Positions 38,514 through 50,000 of a stretch of DNA of 64,000 nucleotides are shown here, in pieces. The DNA is taken from positions 128,001 to 192,000 of the forward strand of contig CBDCJO010000001.1 of assembly GCA_965217865.1 (NCBI GenBank), read 5' to 3'. The first letter of the stretch is position 1; each line of letters begins with the position of its first letter. The notes below the pieces were generated by a model. That model did not search any database, was not told the DNA's origin, and saw only the letters and a list, made by a program, of their open reading frames with translations. The position numbers and the translations under genes were made by a program. The stretch comes from Candidatus Latescibacterota bacterium. Lineage in GTDB: Bacteria; Latescibacterota; UBA2968; SICM01.

Positions 38514-39059
38514 TCAAGGAAGCAGGATCGCCCCGGCCACAACGGTCGTCCACAGGCCTTCCTTATTCCCCACCGCTGTCTGCGTAATATTTCGGGTCCG
38601 GACGATCTGACCGCTGATACGCCAGACCTCCTTCCGCTCGTCATAACTCGTATCCGGATTGAAATCCACCCCAAGTGTCGTGGCCAACATCGTGGCGGCC
38701 AGATCTTCCGCATAATCTCCGGCCACCTCTTCACGCTCCCCGAAGGAGTGATGTTCCGAAAGATAGCCGTGTCGACTCGGGTCGGAAGGGATCGCCACGC
38801 CCACCGAGGCTGCTATAAGGCGATTTGGCTCGTTCGTGGACTGATCACTCGTGACCCAGAAGACGATCTGTCCGGCCGAAAGCTCCTTGAGCCCTTGCCT
38901 CCGTGAAATGATCTTGCAATCGGGCGGAAAGATACTTTTTACGCTGACCAGATTGAACTCGGCGATATCTGCATCCCGAAGCGCCATCTCAAAGCTCGTC
39001 AACTTTTCCTTATGCATCCCGACGCCTTTTGCAAGAAACATCCTCTTGGGCACAAACAT
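38514..39059 (-). CDS. pdaD: Pyruvoyl-dependent arginine decarboxylase
   Basis: SFEMALRDA.I..FNLV.V.SIFPP, GYLSEHH, AEDLAATML, WTTVVA. Confidence 0.88.
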   Translation of the reverse strand: MFVPKRMFLAKGVGMHKEKLTSFEMALRDADIAEFNLVSVKSIFPPDCKIISRRQGLKELSAGQIVFWVTSDQSTNEPNRLIAASVGVAIPSDPSRHGYLSEHHSFGEREEVAGDYAEDLAATMLATTLGVDFNPDTSYDERKEVWRISGQIVRTRNITQTAVGNKEGLWTTVVAGAILLP

Positions 39060-39073
39060 CCCGATCTCCTCCG

Positions 39074-39883
39074 TTAATCTCCCGATTCCGACGACTCGAT
39101 CGATTGGACGAATTCCGGTCGTAAAGCACCCTCACCGAAAACCATCGGGAAGGAAGTGCCCTTATCCGACTTTGTGGCCCCATCGATATAACAGACGCTC
39201 AAGGCCCGCCGGGGATGATCCGTCATATTGATCGCCGAGCTGTGGAGGAGCCGGTTGTGGAGCAAGACCGATTCACCGGCCTGTAGTTCAATCGGAATGG
39301 GGTCGTCGTTCGCCTTCAGGAGGGCCTTTATCTGTTCTTCCGAGGGATGGGTCGGGACATCATTATGATGCGACCCCGGAACAATATGGATGCACCCGTT
39401 CTCGACCGTAGTGCGATCCAGCGCCGTCCACACGATGATCAGCGGTTCTCGATCCAGATTGGAGAAACCGTCGTGGTGCCAGGGAAGGTATGTGCCGGCC
39501 CTCGCGGGTTTATTCATCATCATCGCCCTGTTGGTTGCGATCGGCGTGTCCGGACCATAGACCCGGGCACAAATCTCCCGAAAGATCGATTTTTGAAGAT
39601 AAGAAAGAAAGAGCGGATCCAGTTCGAGTTCCGTGATCTTGCGATAGTTCAGCGATGGCCCTTTGTGCCCTTTTGTCTGCGGAAACATATCTTTGTACAC
39701 AACGCTTTCGGCATCCATCTGCATCATGATCCGGCCGTAATCGAGGGGGGACTTGCCGAGCATAATCTCGTCGATTCGCGCCAGCAGGGCCTGGAGCTCT
39801 TCATCCTCCAGCAGTTTCCCCAGGTGTATATATCCCTTCTTACTGAAAATATCCCACTGTTTATCCCGGATTTGTGGATGCAT
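39074..39883 (-). CDS. Phytanoyl-CoA dioxygenase (PhyH) family protein
   Basis: PWHHD, WTALD..ENGC..VPGSH, LLHSS..N..RR. Confidence 0.88.
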   Translation of the reverse strand: MHPQIRDKQWDIFSKKGYIHLGKLLEDEELQALLARIDEIMLGKSPLDYGRIMMQMDAESVVYKDMFPQTKGHKGPSLNYRKITELELDPLFLSYLQKSIFREICARVYGPDTPIATNRAMMMNKPARAGTYLPWHHDGFSNLDREPLIIVWTALDRTTVENGCIHIVPGSHHNDVPTHPSEEQIKALLKANDDPIPIELQAGESVLLHNRLLHSSAINMTDHPRRALSVCYIDGATKSDKGTSFPMVFGEGALRPEFVQSIESSESGD

Positions 39884-40155
39884 TGTGAGTCCTTTCGTTC
39901 TGATTTACCACCTTGAAGATCGTTCGAATTGGATATTATACCCTCCTGCACTTTTTAAGTCAAGGGATGTTTTAAGATACCCTTTTCCTCGACCTTACGG
40001 CAAAACTCACTTGGCTCACACCCATAAATGTCGGGTATTGTCCTAATTAAATAACGGATAAAATGGTTGGTGTGGACTTCAAAAATACCCTATATTTGAT
40101 CCATCTTTTCTCAATCATGGATCCGATGGATCGGCCCCTAAAATGAAGGGATTCA

Positions 40156-41322
40156 ATGCTCACCGCCACCAGGGGCAGTGTACTTCCCACCGCGATCGTG
40201 GGTTCCTATCCAAGGCCCCAATGGTATACGGAGAGCCTTCGGCGAAGGTCTTTCAAGGTCGCATTATCGGATGCCCTCTTCCGAGAGCAGTACCTGGATG
40301 CCGTGGCCTGCATCCTGAACGATCAGACCCGTGCGGGGCTTGATATCCTCACGGATGGAGACGCCCGGTTCGACCTGGACGTCGGCGGGTCCTCCTGGTT
40401 CTTCTATCCCATCGAACGAATCCACGGGGTTGAGGGTCACAGGGATAAATCCCCGGGCTGGTCGAAGCGGTTGGACCTGAGGCCTGGAAAGATATTGTGG
40501 GAGCTTCAAGAGGCCTATCAAGCCCCGGTGGCCGTTGAGAAATTACGCGGCGGCGCGCTCGATTATGCCGCGGTTTGGCAGACCGCACAGCGATTGACCG
40601 ATCGGCCGGTAAAGTTCGGGGCAATCAGTGGGCAGACCATTCCGAGCATGCTGTGGAACGAGGCCTACGAGAACGATCGGGAGATGATTTGGGACCTGGT
40701 CGGGATCATGAACGCCGAGCTAAAATCGGTTGCGGCAGCGGGCTGCAAGGTCATCCAGGTCGAGGAGCCGCTCCACCATTTTCTATCGTTGAATCCTGAA
40801 ACCACCGACGAGGAACTGGCATTCAGGACCGAGGCCTTCAACCGCGAGGTGGACGGCGTGGAGGCTGAGATCTGGGCCCATACATGCTGGGGGAACCCCA
40901 ACCAGCAGGCTATGTTCTGGGAGCGTCCGAGTTACCGACGCGCCCTTCCCCACCTCCTGCAGCTCAACGCGGATGTGATCACATTCGAATGTGCCAGTAC
41001 GGGTGGGGCTGATCTCCCTCTATTTGAAGACCACCGGACGGAAAAAAAGATCGCCATCGGGGTGGTCAGCCACACGAACACCACCGTCGAACCCCCGGAG
41101 GTGGTGGCAGAGCTGATACGCCGGGCCTTGCGCTACATTTCCCCCGAACGACTGGTGATAACGACCGACTGCGGTTTCGGGCGGGAAGGCCTTTCTCGAC
41201 GGATTGCATTCTACAAGTGTATCGCTCTGGTGGAAGGGACCAATATCGTCAGAAAAGAGCTCGGGATACCCGAGGCGGAGGTCAGAGCGTCGGACTCGAG
41301 CCTTTCATTTTCAAAACCGTAG
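40156..41322 (+). CDS. Cobalamin-independent methionine synthase II (MetE C-terminal-like) family protein
   Basis: VGSYPRP, GLDILTDG, IQVEEP, HTCWGN, TDCGF zinc ligands. Confidence 0.88.
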   Translation: MLTATRGSVLPTAIVGSYPRPQWYTESLRRRSFKVALSDALFREQYLDAVACILNDQTRAGLDILTDGDARFDLDVGGSSWFFYPIERIHGVEGHRDKSPGWSKRLDLRPGKILWELQEAYQAPVAVEKLRGGALDYAAVWQTAQRLTDRPVKFGAISGQTIPSMLWNEAYENDREMIWDLVGIMNAELKSVAAAGCKVIQVEEPLHHFLSLNPETTDEELAFRTEAFNREVDGVEAEIWAHTCWGNPNQQAMFWERPSYRRALPHLLQLNADVITFECASTGGADLPLFEDHRTEKKIAIGVVSHTNTTVEPPEVVAELIRRALRYISPERLVITTDCGFGREGLSRRIAFYKCIALVEGTNIVRKELGIPEAEVRASDSSLSFSKP

Positions 41323-41361
41323 TTTTTCTCTTACCCCTGATCCCTGGATCTTCTTTTTGAC

Positions 41362-42177
41362 ATGCCTCCGATCGTAGACAGTCATCTTCACATCTGGTCG
41401 AACGACGTTACACGATACCCCCGGGAGGAGGCACCCTACATCGGCACGGTCGAACTGTTGTGCGATTACATGGACGAAGCGCAAGTGGACCACGCCGTAA
41501 TCGTCCTGCCGCGACACTACCGTTATGATAATCGAGTCCTGGTTGATACGCTGGGGGAACATCCGGGGAAGTTCGCCGGGGTAGGGGTCGTCGACCCCCG
41601 GGGACATGGTGCAGCTGACCACCTTGCGGAACTCTCGGAGAATGGGATTCGAGGTGTTCGGATTCGGGGGATCATTGAGGAGGATTGGTTCTGCACCCCG
41701 GAAACCGAGCCTCTCTGGCGAAGAGCAGGGGAACTCGACTTGCCCCTCTGTTTGCTGGGGAATCCTGATCAGGTGGGATTGATGCGGGGAATGATCGAGC
41801 GATTTCCGGATACACCCGTCGTCATAGACCACTTCGCCTTAATCCTTGCCTCTGATGGCGCGGATTGCCCGGCCTTTCAGACTTTCCTCAGCCTGGCGGA
41901 ATTTCCGAAGGTCTTTATCAAGCTCTCGGGGCTTCACTACTGGGGAGGCGGCCGTTACCCCTATCCTTCTGCCCAGCTCAACCTGAGAGCGGCCTTACGC
42001 GCCTTTGGTGCCCGGCGGACCATGTGGGGATCCGATTGGCCTCATATCCTCTTCGGGGGAGGCTACGTGCGCAACCTGAATTTCGTCCGCCGGGAGATGA
42101 CCTGGCTTTCTGAATCGGAAAGAGATCTGGTCCTGGGAGGAACGGCGTACAGGCTGTGGTGGAAACAGGAAACCTGA
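41362..42177 (+). CDS. Amidohydrolase_2 family protein (lactonase-like)
   Basis: DSHLHIW, VVIDHF, KLSG, MWGSDWP. Confidence 0.88.
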   Translation: MPPIVDSHLHIWSNDVTRYPREEAPYIGTVELLCDYMDEAQVDHAVIVLPRHYRYDNRVLVDTLGEHPGKFAGVGVVDPRGHGAADHLAELSENGIRGVRIRGIIEEDWFCTPETEPLWRRAGELDLPLCLLGNPDQVGLMRGMIERFPDTPVVIDHFALILASDGADCPAFQTFLSLAEFPKVFIKLSGLHYWGGGRYPYPSAQLNLRAALRAFGARRTMWGSDWPHILFGGGYVRNLNFVRREMTWLSESERDLVLGGTAYRLWWKQET

Positions 42178-42223
42178 ACGCAGGTCAGGTTCTGGTTCCG
42201 CCTTCCAAGGAATCGAGTTTCAA

Positions 42224-43051
42224 ATGATACTGGGTTTTTCCTCACCGACCTTCGGTGGTGTCATCCCGGAGGGGAAACAGCTCTCATGGCTTCTCGACAG
42301 GTGTTCGGAATACGGCCTGAAGGCCCTTGAAGCAGGTTTTTCTGTATCTGAGGATTCTCGGGATGTCGGTCGGAAGGCAAAGGATCTGGGTGTCACCTGG
42401 ATAGGTTACTGGGCAAACGATTTCATTACCCCGGAGGGCGGCGGGCCGGGGCTTCGGGATCGGGCGGAACAGGCGTTCGACACAGCCGTGAATGGGGGTG
42501 TGCGGACCCTCGCGATTTTTGCCCGCAACCACGATCGGTTCACTCACGATCCCCCCCTGTCCGATCAGTTGCGATTGGCCTCGGAGCACCTGAGACTCGT
42601 GGCCGAAGCGGCATCCGACCGGGGGCTGCAGCTTGGACTCCTGCCTCACCTGGACTATCGCGGCCACGAGCTTGTGTCGGTGATGATGGCGGTGGATCAC
42701 CCCGCCTTGAAAATGGCGTTCGACACGACCAATCCGTTCCCGGTCTGCGAAGAGCCGGTGGAGGCCGCGAAGGTGGTGCTTCCGCACGCAGTTGCCGTGG
42801 CCTTCAAGGATGTTCGGATCTACCCCCAGAGATCTAACGATGTCACGATCTGGGGAACCCCTATCGGCCAGGGTTCGGTCGATTTCAAAACGATCATTCC
42901 GATGATGTCCGAACGGCTTCCCGATCCGGACCGAACCACCGTCTGTATCAAACTCCGTCTGCCGAATGACAGCATGGAGCACGCCTCCTGGATACGGCAG
43001 AGCCTGGAATTTATCAAAGCGTTCCCGGAGTTTCAGAGGGAGGGGCAATGA
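42224..43051 (+). CDS. Sugar phosphate isomerase/epimerase-like TIM-barrel protein
   Basis: FDTTNP, FKD, PIGQGSVDF motifs; several usual metal ligands appear substituted. Confidence 0.7.
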   Translation: MILGFSSPTFGGVIPEGKQLSWLLDRCSEYGLKALEAGFSVSEDSRDVGRKAKDLGVTWIGYWANDFITPEGGGPGLRDRAEQAFDTAVNGGVRTLAIFARNHDRFTHDPPLSDQLRLASEHLRLVAEAASDRGLQLGLLPHLDYRGHELVSVMMAVDHPALKMAFDTTNPFPVCEEPVEAAKVVLPHAVAVAFKDVRIYPQRSNDVTIWGTPIGQGSVDFKTIIPMMSERLPDPDRTTVCIKLRLPNDSMEHASWIRQSLEFIKAFPEFQREGQ

Positions 43052-44460
43052 CCTTGGCGTTGAACCCATCGACAACCCTATCGGGACAATCGGGAACCCC
43101 GGATTCTGAACTCGCCTGCCACGTCATGGCGAAACCGTCGGGGGCGATCTGCAACATCGACTGCAAATATTGCTTCTACCTCGAAAAAGAGAAGCTCTAC
43201 CCGGATATTCAAAAAAACTGGCGAATGGACGATGAGACCCTCGAACACTATGTGTCTCAGTATATCCAGGCCCAGGATGTTCCGGAAGTCAACTTTGCCT
43301 GGCAGGGGGGTGAGCCGACCCTATTGGGAGTGGAATTCTACCGAAGGGCGGTCGAACTGCAGAGGAAGTATGCCAACGGAAAAACCGTTTTTAACGCCTT
43401 TCAGACCAACGGCATTCTGCTGGATGACGAATGGGGAGAATTTCTCGCAAAGAATCGGTTTCTGATCGGCATCTCGATCGATGGTCCGCGCGAGCTTCAC
43501 GACCGGTTTCGAGTAGACAAAGGCCAAAAGCCCACCTTCGACAGGGTGATGGCCGGCCTGGAGACACTGAAGAGACACGAGGTCGAGTTCAACACCCTGA
43601 CCGTCCTCCAGAACCACAATGCAGATTTCCCCATCGAAGTCTATGGCTTCCTCAAGGAGATCGGAAGTCGGTTTATGCAGTTCATCCCGATCGTCGAAAG
43701 AATGGCTCTCCAACCCGAGTCAGACGGGCTCATCATGATCGGGCCCGATTTCGACGGGCGTGCCCAGGTATCCGATTGGTCCGTCGGCTCAGCTCAATAT
43801 GGAAAATTTCTGTGCAAGGTATTCGATGACTGGGTCCGGAACGATGTGGGACAATATTTTGTGCAGATCTTCGATGTGGCCCTCCAATCCTGGATGGGAA
43901 TGGACCCCAGCCTTTGCATTTTCGCGGAAACCTGCGGCAAGGCTCTGATCATCGAACACAACGGTGACCTTTATTCGTGCGACCATTTCGTCTATCCGGA
44001 GTACAGGCTGGGAAACGTCAGGGATATGAGTATTCGGCATATGGTGGAGAGCGCGCAGCAGACAAAATTCGGATTGGACAAGCATGACACTTTGCCCAAA
44101 TATTGTCGTGAATGCGAATTCCGATTTGCCTGCAACGGGGGTTGTCCGAAACAGCGGTTCATCACGACTCCAGACGGGGAAGAAGGCTTGAATTACCTGT
44201 GTAAAGGTTACAAGATCTTTTTCGGGCACGTCGATCCTTATATGCGATTCATGGCCGACGAGCTCCGGGGAAGACGTCCCGCGGCCAACGTTATGGACTG
44301 GGTTCGACAGCAGGATGCCGCCAAGCGCCCCCCCCCGACCCGTAACGATCCCTGTCCCTGCGGGAGCGGGAAAAAATATAAGCGCTGTTGTGGTTCGGCG
44401 GCAATGGCAGGATCGGAGGCTCCGGATCCAAAAAATCAGATGTACGCAAGCAGAGGCTGA
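43048..44460 (+). CDS. Anaerobic sulfatase maturase (radical SAM/SPASM) with C-terminal SEC-C motif
   Basis: CNIDCKYC, WQGGEPT, YSCDHFV, CRECEFRFACNGGCPK, RNDPCPCGSGKKYKRCC. Confidence 0.93.
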   Translation: MTLALNPSTTLSGQSGTPDSELACHVMAKPSGAICNIDCKYCFYLEKEKLYPDIQKNWRMDDETLEHYVSQYIQAQDVPEVNFAWQGGEPTLLGVEFYRRAVELQRKYANGKTVFNAFQTNGILLDDEWGEFLAKNRFLIGISIDGPRELHDRFRVDKGQKPTFDRVMAGLETLKRHEVEFNTLTVLQNHNADFPIEVYGFLKEIGSRFMQFIPIVERMALQPESDGLIMIGPDFDGRAQVSDWSVGSAQYGKFLCKVFDDWVRNDVGQYFVQIFDVALQSWMGMDPSLCIFAETCGKALIIEHNGDLYSCDHFVYPEYRLGNVRDMSIRHMVESAQQTKFGLDKHDTLPKYCRECEFRFACNGGCPKQRFITTPDGEEGLNYLCKGYKIFFGHVDPYMRFMADELRGRRPAANVMDWVRQQDAAKRPPPTRNDPCPCGSGKKYKRCCGSAAMAGSEAPDPKNQMYASRG

Positions 44461-44511
44461 TACAATTCGTTTGATTTGTTTTTTTACTTTTGGCTTTCAA
44501 GGAGGTGCCGT

Positions 44512-45303
44512 TTGGCTAAGTCCGCTTCGGCAAACACGGTTCGGCTCACCGATCAACAACTCGAATCGTTCAACCGGGAGGGTTACATCGTAGTCGAGGA
44601 TCTGGTTCCCCAGGAACAGGTCGAAAATCTTCGTCGCCGCCTTCAGGATTACACCCACGGAGACCGACCACGGGGAAAAATCCGTGTTCAGGCCGAACCC
44701 CGTGTAGCCCGTGGTGAGTTCAAAGTCGACCACCCGGGCGATGGAATCCGAAAGTTGGAAGGGCTCGTGGAGGAAGACGATCTGTTTCAGCAGCTGGGCC
44801 TCAACCAGGTAATCGTCGGAATCACCGAACAGATCCTCGGTCCTGATCTCAAGATGTTTCGAAACGCCCTTATGGTCAAGCCGCCCAAGGTCGGTTCTCA
44901 GAAGGGCATGCACCAGGACTCCCCTTACTGGCCCATAGAGCCTATGGCGCTCTGCTCCTGTTGGTTTGCCCTGGACGACGCTACCGAGGAAAACGGCTGC
45001 ATGGGGGTCCTCTCAGGCTGGCACAAAAAAGCGCCTCTACCCCACACTAAGGTCACCGATGATTTTTTGATAGACGATAAATATTACGACTTCAATCAGA
45101 TGGTTATGGCCCCGGTCCGGGCTGGAGGAGGTCTGATCTTCCACTCGCTGACCCCTCATTACACCGCCCCCAATCGATCCGACAAGCCCCGTCGAGCCAT
45201 CGCCCTATCCTACATGTCTTCAAAATCACGGTATTCTAAGGACGGAGAAGGGCCCGAGTACTTCCACGTCAAAGGGGAAACCTATCCGGGCTGCGTTCGT
45301 TGA
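44512..45303 (+). CDS. Phytanoyl-CoA dioxygenase (PhyH) family protein
   Basis: HQDSPYW, WFALDDATEENGC, FHSLTPH..PNRS..RR; TTG 44512 follows AGGAGG. Confidence 0.88.
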   Translation: MAKSASANTVRLTDQQLESFNREGYIVVEDLVPQEQVENLRRRLQDYTHGDRPRGKIRVQAEPRVARGEFKVDHPGDGIRKLEGLVEEDDLFQQLGLNQVIVGITEQILGPDLKMFRNALMVKPPKVGSQKGMHQDSPYWPIEPMALCSCWFALDDATEENGCMGVLSGWHKKAPLPHTKVTDDFLIDDKYYDFNQMVMAPVRAGGGLIFHSLTPHYTAPNRSDKPRRAIALSYMSSKSRYSKDGEGPEYFHVKGETYPGCVR

Positions 45304-45638
45304 GAAAAAGCAGTGGCAGTGGAAGGCAACAGACCAGGAAAAAACCAAACCCAACCTAATTTTTCGGTGATTATATACTTGATAAAGTCATGATAGTGAT
45401 GAAGGCTCTGTCTACTCAAACAATCTGTTGGCAGTCCCCATGCCGACAAATATAGAAACAGGACATCAAAAATCAGGTAAAGAAATCGCTCGAATCGGAC
45501 GATCTCCGGCCAAAGGACGGGGCATTCTGCGAAACTTTCGCAAAAAACTCAACATTTTGGGATAAAGCAAATAGCCTTTGTCAAGTATATAATTCCCAAT
45601 TTTTCTAACCCTTCGTCTTCAGCTACATTCTCCTTTCT

Positions 45639-46943
45639 ATGTCCTTAAAATTCCTCCACTTTGCGGATGTACACCTAGGCGTTGAGAACCACGGACGGTT
45701 GGACCCCAATACCGGCCTACACACGCGCGTTCTGGATTTCATTAAGAGTCTCCGCTTCACGGTGGAAACCGCGATAAAAGAGCAGGTTGACCTGGCGATC
45801 TTTGCCGGGGATGCTTATCGGACCTGCGACCCGAACCCCACGCATCAGCGCGAATTTGCCAAGGGGATAAAGGCCCTCAGCGACGTTGGGATACCGATCG
45901 TGATGATCACGGGCAACCACGATCACCCCGTATCCTTCGGACGGGCAACCTCCATCGACATATTCAGCACCCTGGACACCCCGGAAGTCCATAACTTCAC
46001 CCGGCCGGGCATTTCAAAAGTCGAGACCAGATCAGGCCCCGTACAGATCGTATGCCTCCCATGGCCTTCTCGGAGCAATGTCCTGACAAGGGATGAATAC
46101 CGTGGCCTCTCGGACGACAAAATCACGCAGATCATTCAGGAAAAATACACCGACATCTTAAAAGGCTTTGCTGAAGAAATCCTACCAGATTATCCGGCGA
46201 TCCTGGCCGCTCACGTCGCCGCAGCGGATGCCCTCTATTCCGGATCCGAACGAACTTCGGTGATCGGCCGGGACCCGATCTTTCTGACAAGCAACCTGGC
46301 AAATCCGGCCTTTGATTATGTTGCCCTGGGCCACATTCACCGACACCAGGATCTGAACCCGATGGGAACCCCCCCGGCCGTATACAGCGGTAGCATCGAT
46401 CGGGTAAACTTCGGAGAAGAGCAGGAGGATAAAGGTTTCTGCATCGTTACCATAGAGGACGAGAAGGAGGGAAGGGGACCTGAAGCATTGCCCTTATTTT
46501 CTTCTGGAGTGAAGACTTCGCGTCCGTGGAAAACGTCCTACCGCTTCGTCCCGACCCATGCCAGGCCTTTCCGCACAATTAACGTGAAGGTCCGCCCGGG
46601 GGAGGATCCAACCCAGGCCGTCCTCCAGGAGATCAATCGTCACGACCTCGAAGACGCCGTCGTCCGCGTGATATATGACATCCAGGACGAAAACCAAGAG
46701 GATATCGATCTCAAGGCCGTTCGCTCTGAGCTCGAACCTGCTTTCCTGGTTTCATCCGTATTGAGGAAACCCCGGGAAACCGAACGCTTCAGAAGATCTT
46801 CCGTTTCAGAGGACACGGGGCTGGAGGACGCGATTATTCGTTATATCGAGAACAATCCGGAATTGACGCCCATGAAGCCCGACCTGGTCTCTTACGCAAA
46901 TCGGCTGGAGAATGAGCTGGAAGAAGGAAACGACCCGTTATAA
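45639..46943 (+). CDS. sbcD: Exonuclease SbcCD subunit D (Mre11-like)
   Basis: ADVHLG, AGD, GNHD, YVALGHIH, YSGS. Confidence 0.93.
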   Translation: MSLKFLHFADVHLGVENHGRLDPNTGLHTRVLDFIKSLRFTVETAIKEQVDLAIFAGDAYRTCDPNPTHQREFAKGIKALSDVGIPIVMITGNHDHPVSFGRATSIDIFSTLDTPEVHNFTRPGISKVETRSGPVQIVCLPWPSRSNVLTRDEYRGLSDDKITQIIQEKYTDILKGFAEEILPDYPAILAAHVAAADALYSGSERTSVIGRDPIFLTSNLANPAFDYVALGHIHRHQDLNPMGTPPAVYSGSIDRVNFGEEQEDKGFCIVTIEDEKEGRGPEALPLFSSGVKTSRPWKTSYRFVPTHARPFRTINVKVRPGEDPTQAVLQEINRHDLEDAVVRVIYDIQDENQEDIDLKAVRSELEPAFLVSSVLRKPRETERFRRSSVSEDTGLEDAIIRYIENNPELTPMKPDLVSYANRLENELEEGNDPL

Positions 46944-47021
46944 AAACCCGGTCCTCCCTGATCCCCGACCGCCGGCACCCAAACCCCCTTTTCCAAGTCC
47001 CCCTTTGGAACCCGCTGCTCT

Positions 47022-50000
47022 ATGGTACCCGTCCGTCTGACCCTCCATAATTTTCTCAGCTACGGTGAGGACGTTCCCACGATCGATTTTTCAGCGTTTC
47101 GCTTGGCCTGCATCTCGGGACAAAACGGTCACGGTAAATCTGCGCTGATCGATGCCATCACGTGGGCGCTTTGGGGCGAAGCCCGGAAAGGACCGGGCGG
47201 TCGCAAACCCGATCCCGACCTGCTTCGAATCGGAGCATCCGAGATGCGTGTGGAGTTCGAATTTGACCTGGAGGGAACCCATTACAGGGTTTTGCGAAGC
47301 TTCCGAAAGACCGGCCGAGGGGGGACGGTCAATCTTGAACTTCAGGGTTTCGATTCCGAGAGGTCTTCCTACGTGGCGCTCTCTGAGGCCGGTTCGGTCA
47401 CGAAGACTCAAGAACGCGTCGAATCCCTGCTCCGGATGTCCTACAACACGTTCATCACCTCTTCCCTCGTACTTCAGGGTCGATCCGATGAATTCACGAC
47501 CCGTCCGGCAAGGGAGCGAAAGGGCGTCCTTGCAGAGATCCTTGGCCTGGACCGGTATGATCGCCTCGTCCGTCTTGCCCGACAAAAGGGGCATCAAGCC
47601 CAGCTGCAGGCGGAACTCCAGAGGTCGAAACTTACCGCAATCGACACCGCACTGAAGGACCGGCCCGAAATCGAACGGGAGATGTCGGAGATCGACGGTT
47701 TCATCGAAAATGCCGAAGCCAGAACCCGGGACGCAGAAAAAGCCCTGAACGATTTGGTGGCAAAAAGATCGGAGGCCAATGCCAGGCTCCGGGAGGCCGA
47801 CGACATCAAGGCGGCAATGGCGACCGGCCAGGCGGAATTGTCGGAGGCGCTGCAGGAAGCGGACCGAATCCAAAGCCAGATCCGGGAGGATGAAACCCTC
47901 CTTGCACGTCGAAAAGAGATTGCATCCGAGATCGAAACCCATAACCGCCTGCGCGCCCAGGAGGCCGCATTCCAGAACAAACTCAAAACGCTCCGGGAAC
48001 AGGAATCCGACAAGTCCAGGCTCGAGGTAAAAATTGTTGAGGCCCGGCACAATATCGAGCGGCGAAGGGAGAAATGGACCGCCCGGTTAAAGGCCGCTGA
48101 AGAGACCATTGAAAAATCCCAGGTATTTACCTCCAGGAGGGAGGAAATCGAGAGAACATATGACGAGCTTGAGACCGCTCGGAGGGAGTTCCGGTTGTGG
48201 GAGGAACGTCGAAGCAAGTTTGAGGAACTCGAAGTTCAGACGGGGAAACTCGAGAAACAGATAGATGAGGTCCGCTCCCGTCTCGATGCAGAAGCGAAAG
48301 TCCTCCGGGGCCAACATCAGGATCTCCTGGAAAAGGCTGGAGCGGAACAAGGCGCTCGGGCGGATCTGGCCACCGAAAAGGAAGAGTTCGAACGGCTGCG
48401 AAACCTGGAGCAGGAGGCAAATCGTCTTCGTGATCAAGAGCGTTCGCTGGCAGCCAGGGCCGATCAGGATCAACTGGTAGCTGTAGCGTTGGAAACCGAG
48501 ATAAAGGGGGCAAACGAACGGTTAGACCTCTTAAAAAAGACGGATGAAGCAAATTGTCCCCTCTGCGAATCTCCGCTCGATGCCGAGCGAAGGGAATCCC
48601 TGGTTGCCCAGCTGTCGGAGGATTTTCGACAAAAACAATCCGATTCCGAATCACTGAATCAAAATCTCCACGAGGATAGGGAGCGACTAGCACAATACCA
48701 CGAGCGCTTCGAGTGTATCAAATCCTCGACGGAAGGAATATCGGATCTTCAACGTCGCATTGTCCTTCTCGAGTCCCGGATCGCCGAAGCGATTCAGGCT
48801 GCGAAATCGGCCGATCAGCTGGCTGAACGAATATCCTCACTCGAGGTCCAGATTCAGACCGGATCCTTTGCCGAGGACCAGCGACGTCGGTTGATGGTCC
48901 TCCGGAGTTCCATCGAAGCCGTGGGTTATCAACGCGAAGCGCACAATTCGATCCGTGAGAAGATCGAAGCTCTCTCGTCCGTCGAAAGAGAAAAAGCCCG
49001 CCTGGATGCAGCTGAGGAGAGCCTGAAGGTCGCTCGAGGAAATGCCGACGAGTCACGTGAAAAAATCGACTTGGCTGACGGATATCTCAAAGAACGACGC
49101 TATGCCCGGGAAGAGCAGGCTGAACTTGGCGCGGTGGTCGACCGGATCAAAGCCCTTGGCTATGACCCCGAACGCCATCGAAGCGTTTCCGAGGACGTGG
49201 AGCGCACGTCCCAGGCACTGACCCTGAAGGAACGGTTGGAGATGGCTGAAAACCGGGTTGGGCGGGCACAGGAGGATCTCGCGCGGGTGGAACGGCGTAC
49301 GGACAACCGTCAACGGCGTGTAAAAGAGCTGAAAGACCGGTTGGAAATCCTTAATCGGGACACGCTCGACGCAGAGGACTTCGATCGATCGATTAAAACC
49401 TCAGAGACGAACCTCAGGACATTCCGGATCGAGAGAGACCGACTCCTCCAACGCAGAGGGGGCCTGGCCGACCGCATTGATCGGTGTCAAGCGCTCGCAT
49501 CCGAAAGAGATGAGGTGGAGAAAGCCGCGAAGACTTCAGAGAAAGACATGGCTGTCTACGAAGCCCTCACCACAGCCTTTGGAAAGGATGGGATTCCAGC
49601 CCTCATTATCGAAAATGCCATCCCGGAGATCGAATCGGAGGCCAACCAGATCCTGTCCCGGCTCACGGCCAACAGGACCCACGTGGCCATCGAATCCCTG
49701 CGGGACCTCAAAAAAGGCGGAACCCGGGAAACCCTGGACATCAAGATCAGCGACGAACTCGGCGAACGCCAGTACGAACTCTACTCCGGCGGAGAGGCAT
49801 TCCGCATCAACTTCGCCTTACGAATCGCCCTAGCCAAGTTGTTGGCCAAAAGGGCGGGGACGCGCCTTCGAACGCTCATCCTGGACGAAGGCTTTGGGAC
49901 GCAGGATACCGAAGGCTTGGAACATCTGATCGAGGCAATTCAGGCCATCAGCCAGGACTTCGACAAAGTCCTGATCATTACCCACGTCGATGAGATCAGG

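Noticed and set aside
39890-40150. SAM or cobalamin riboswitch upstream of the MetE-like gene
   Set aside because: No recognisable consensus elements
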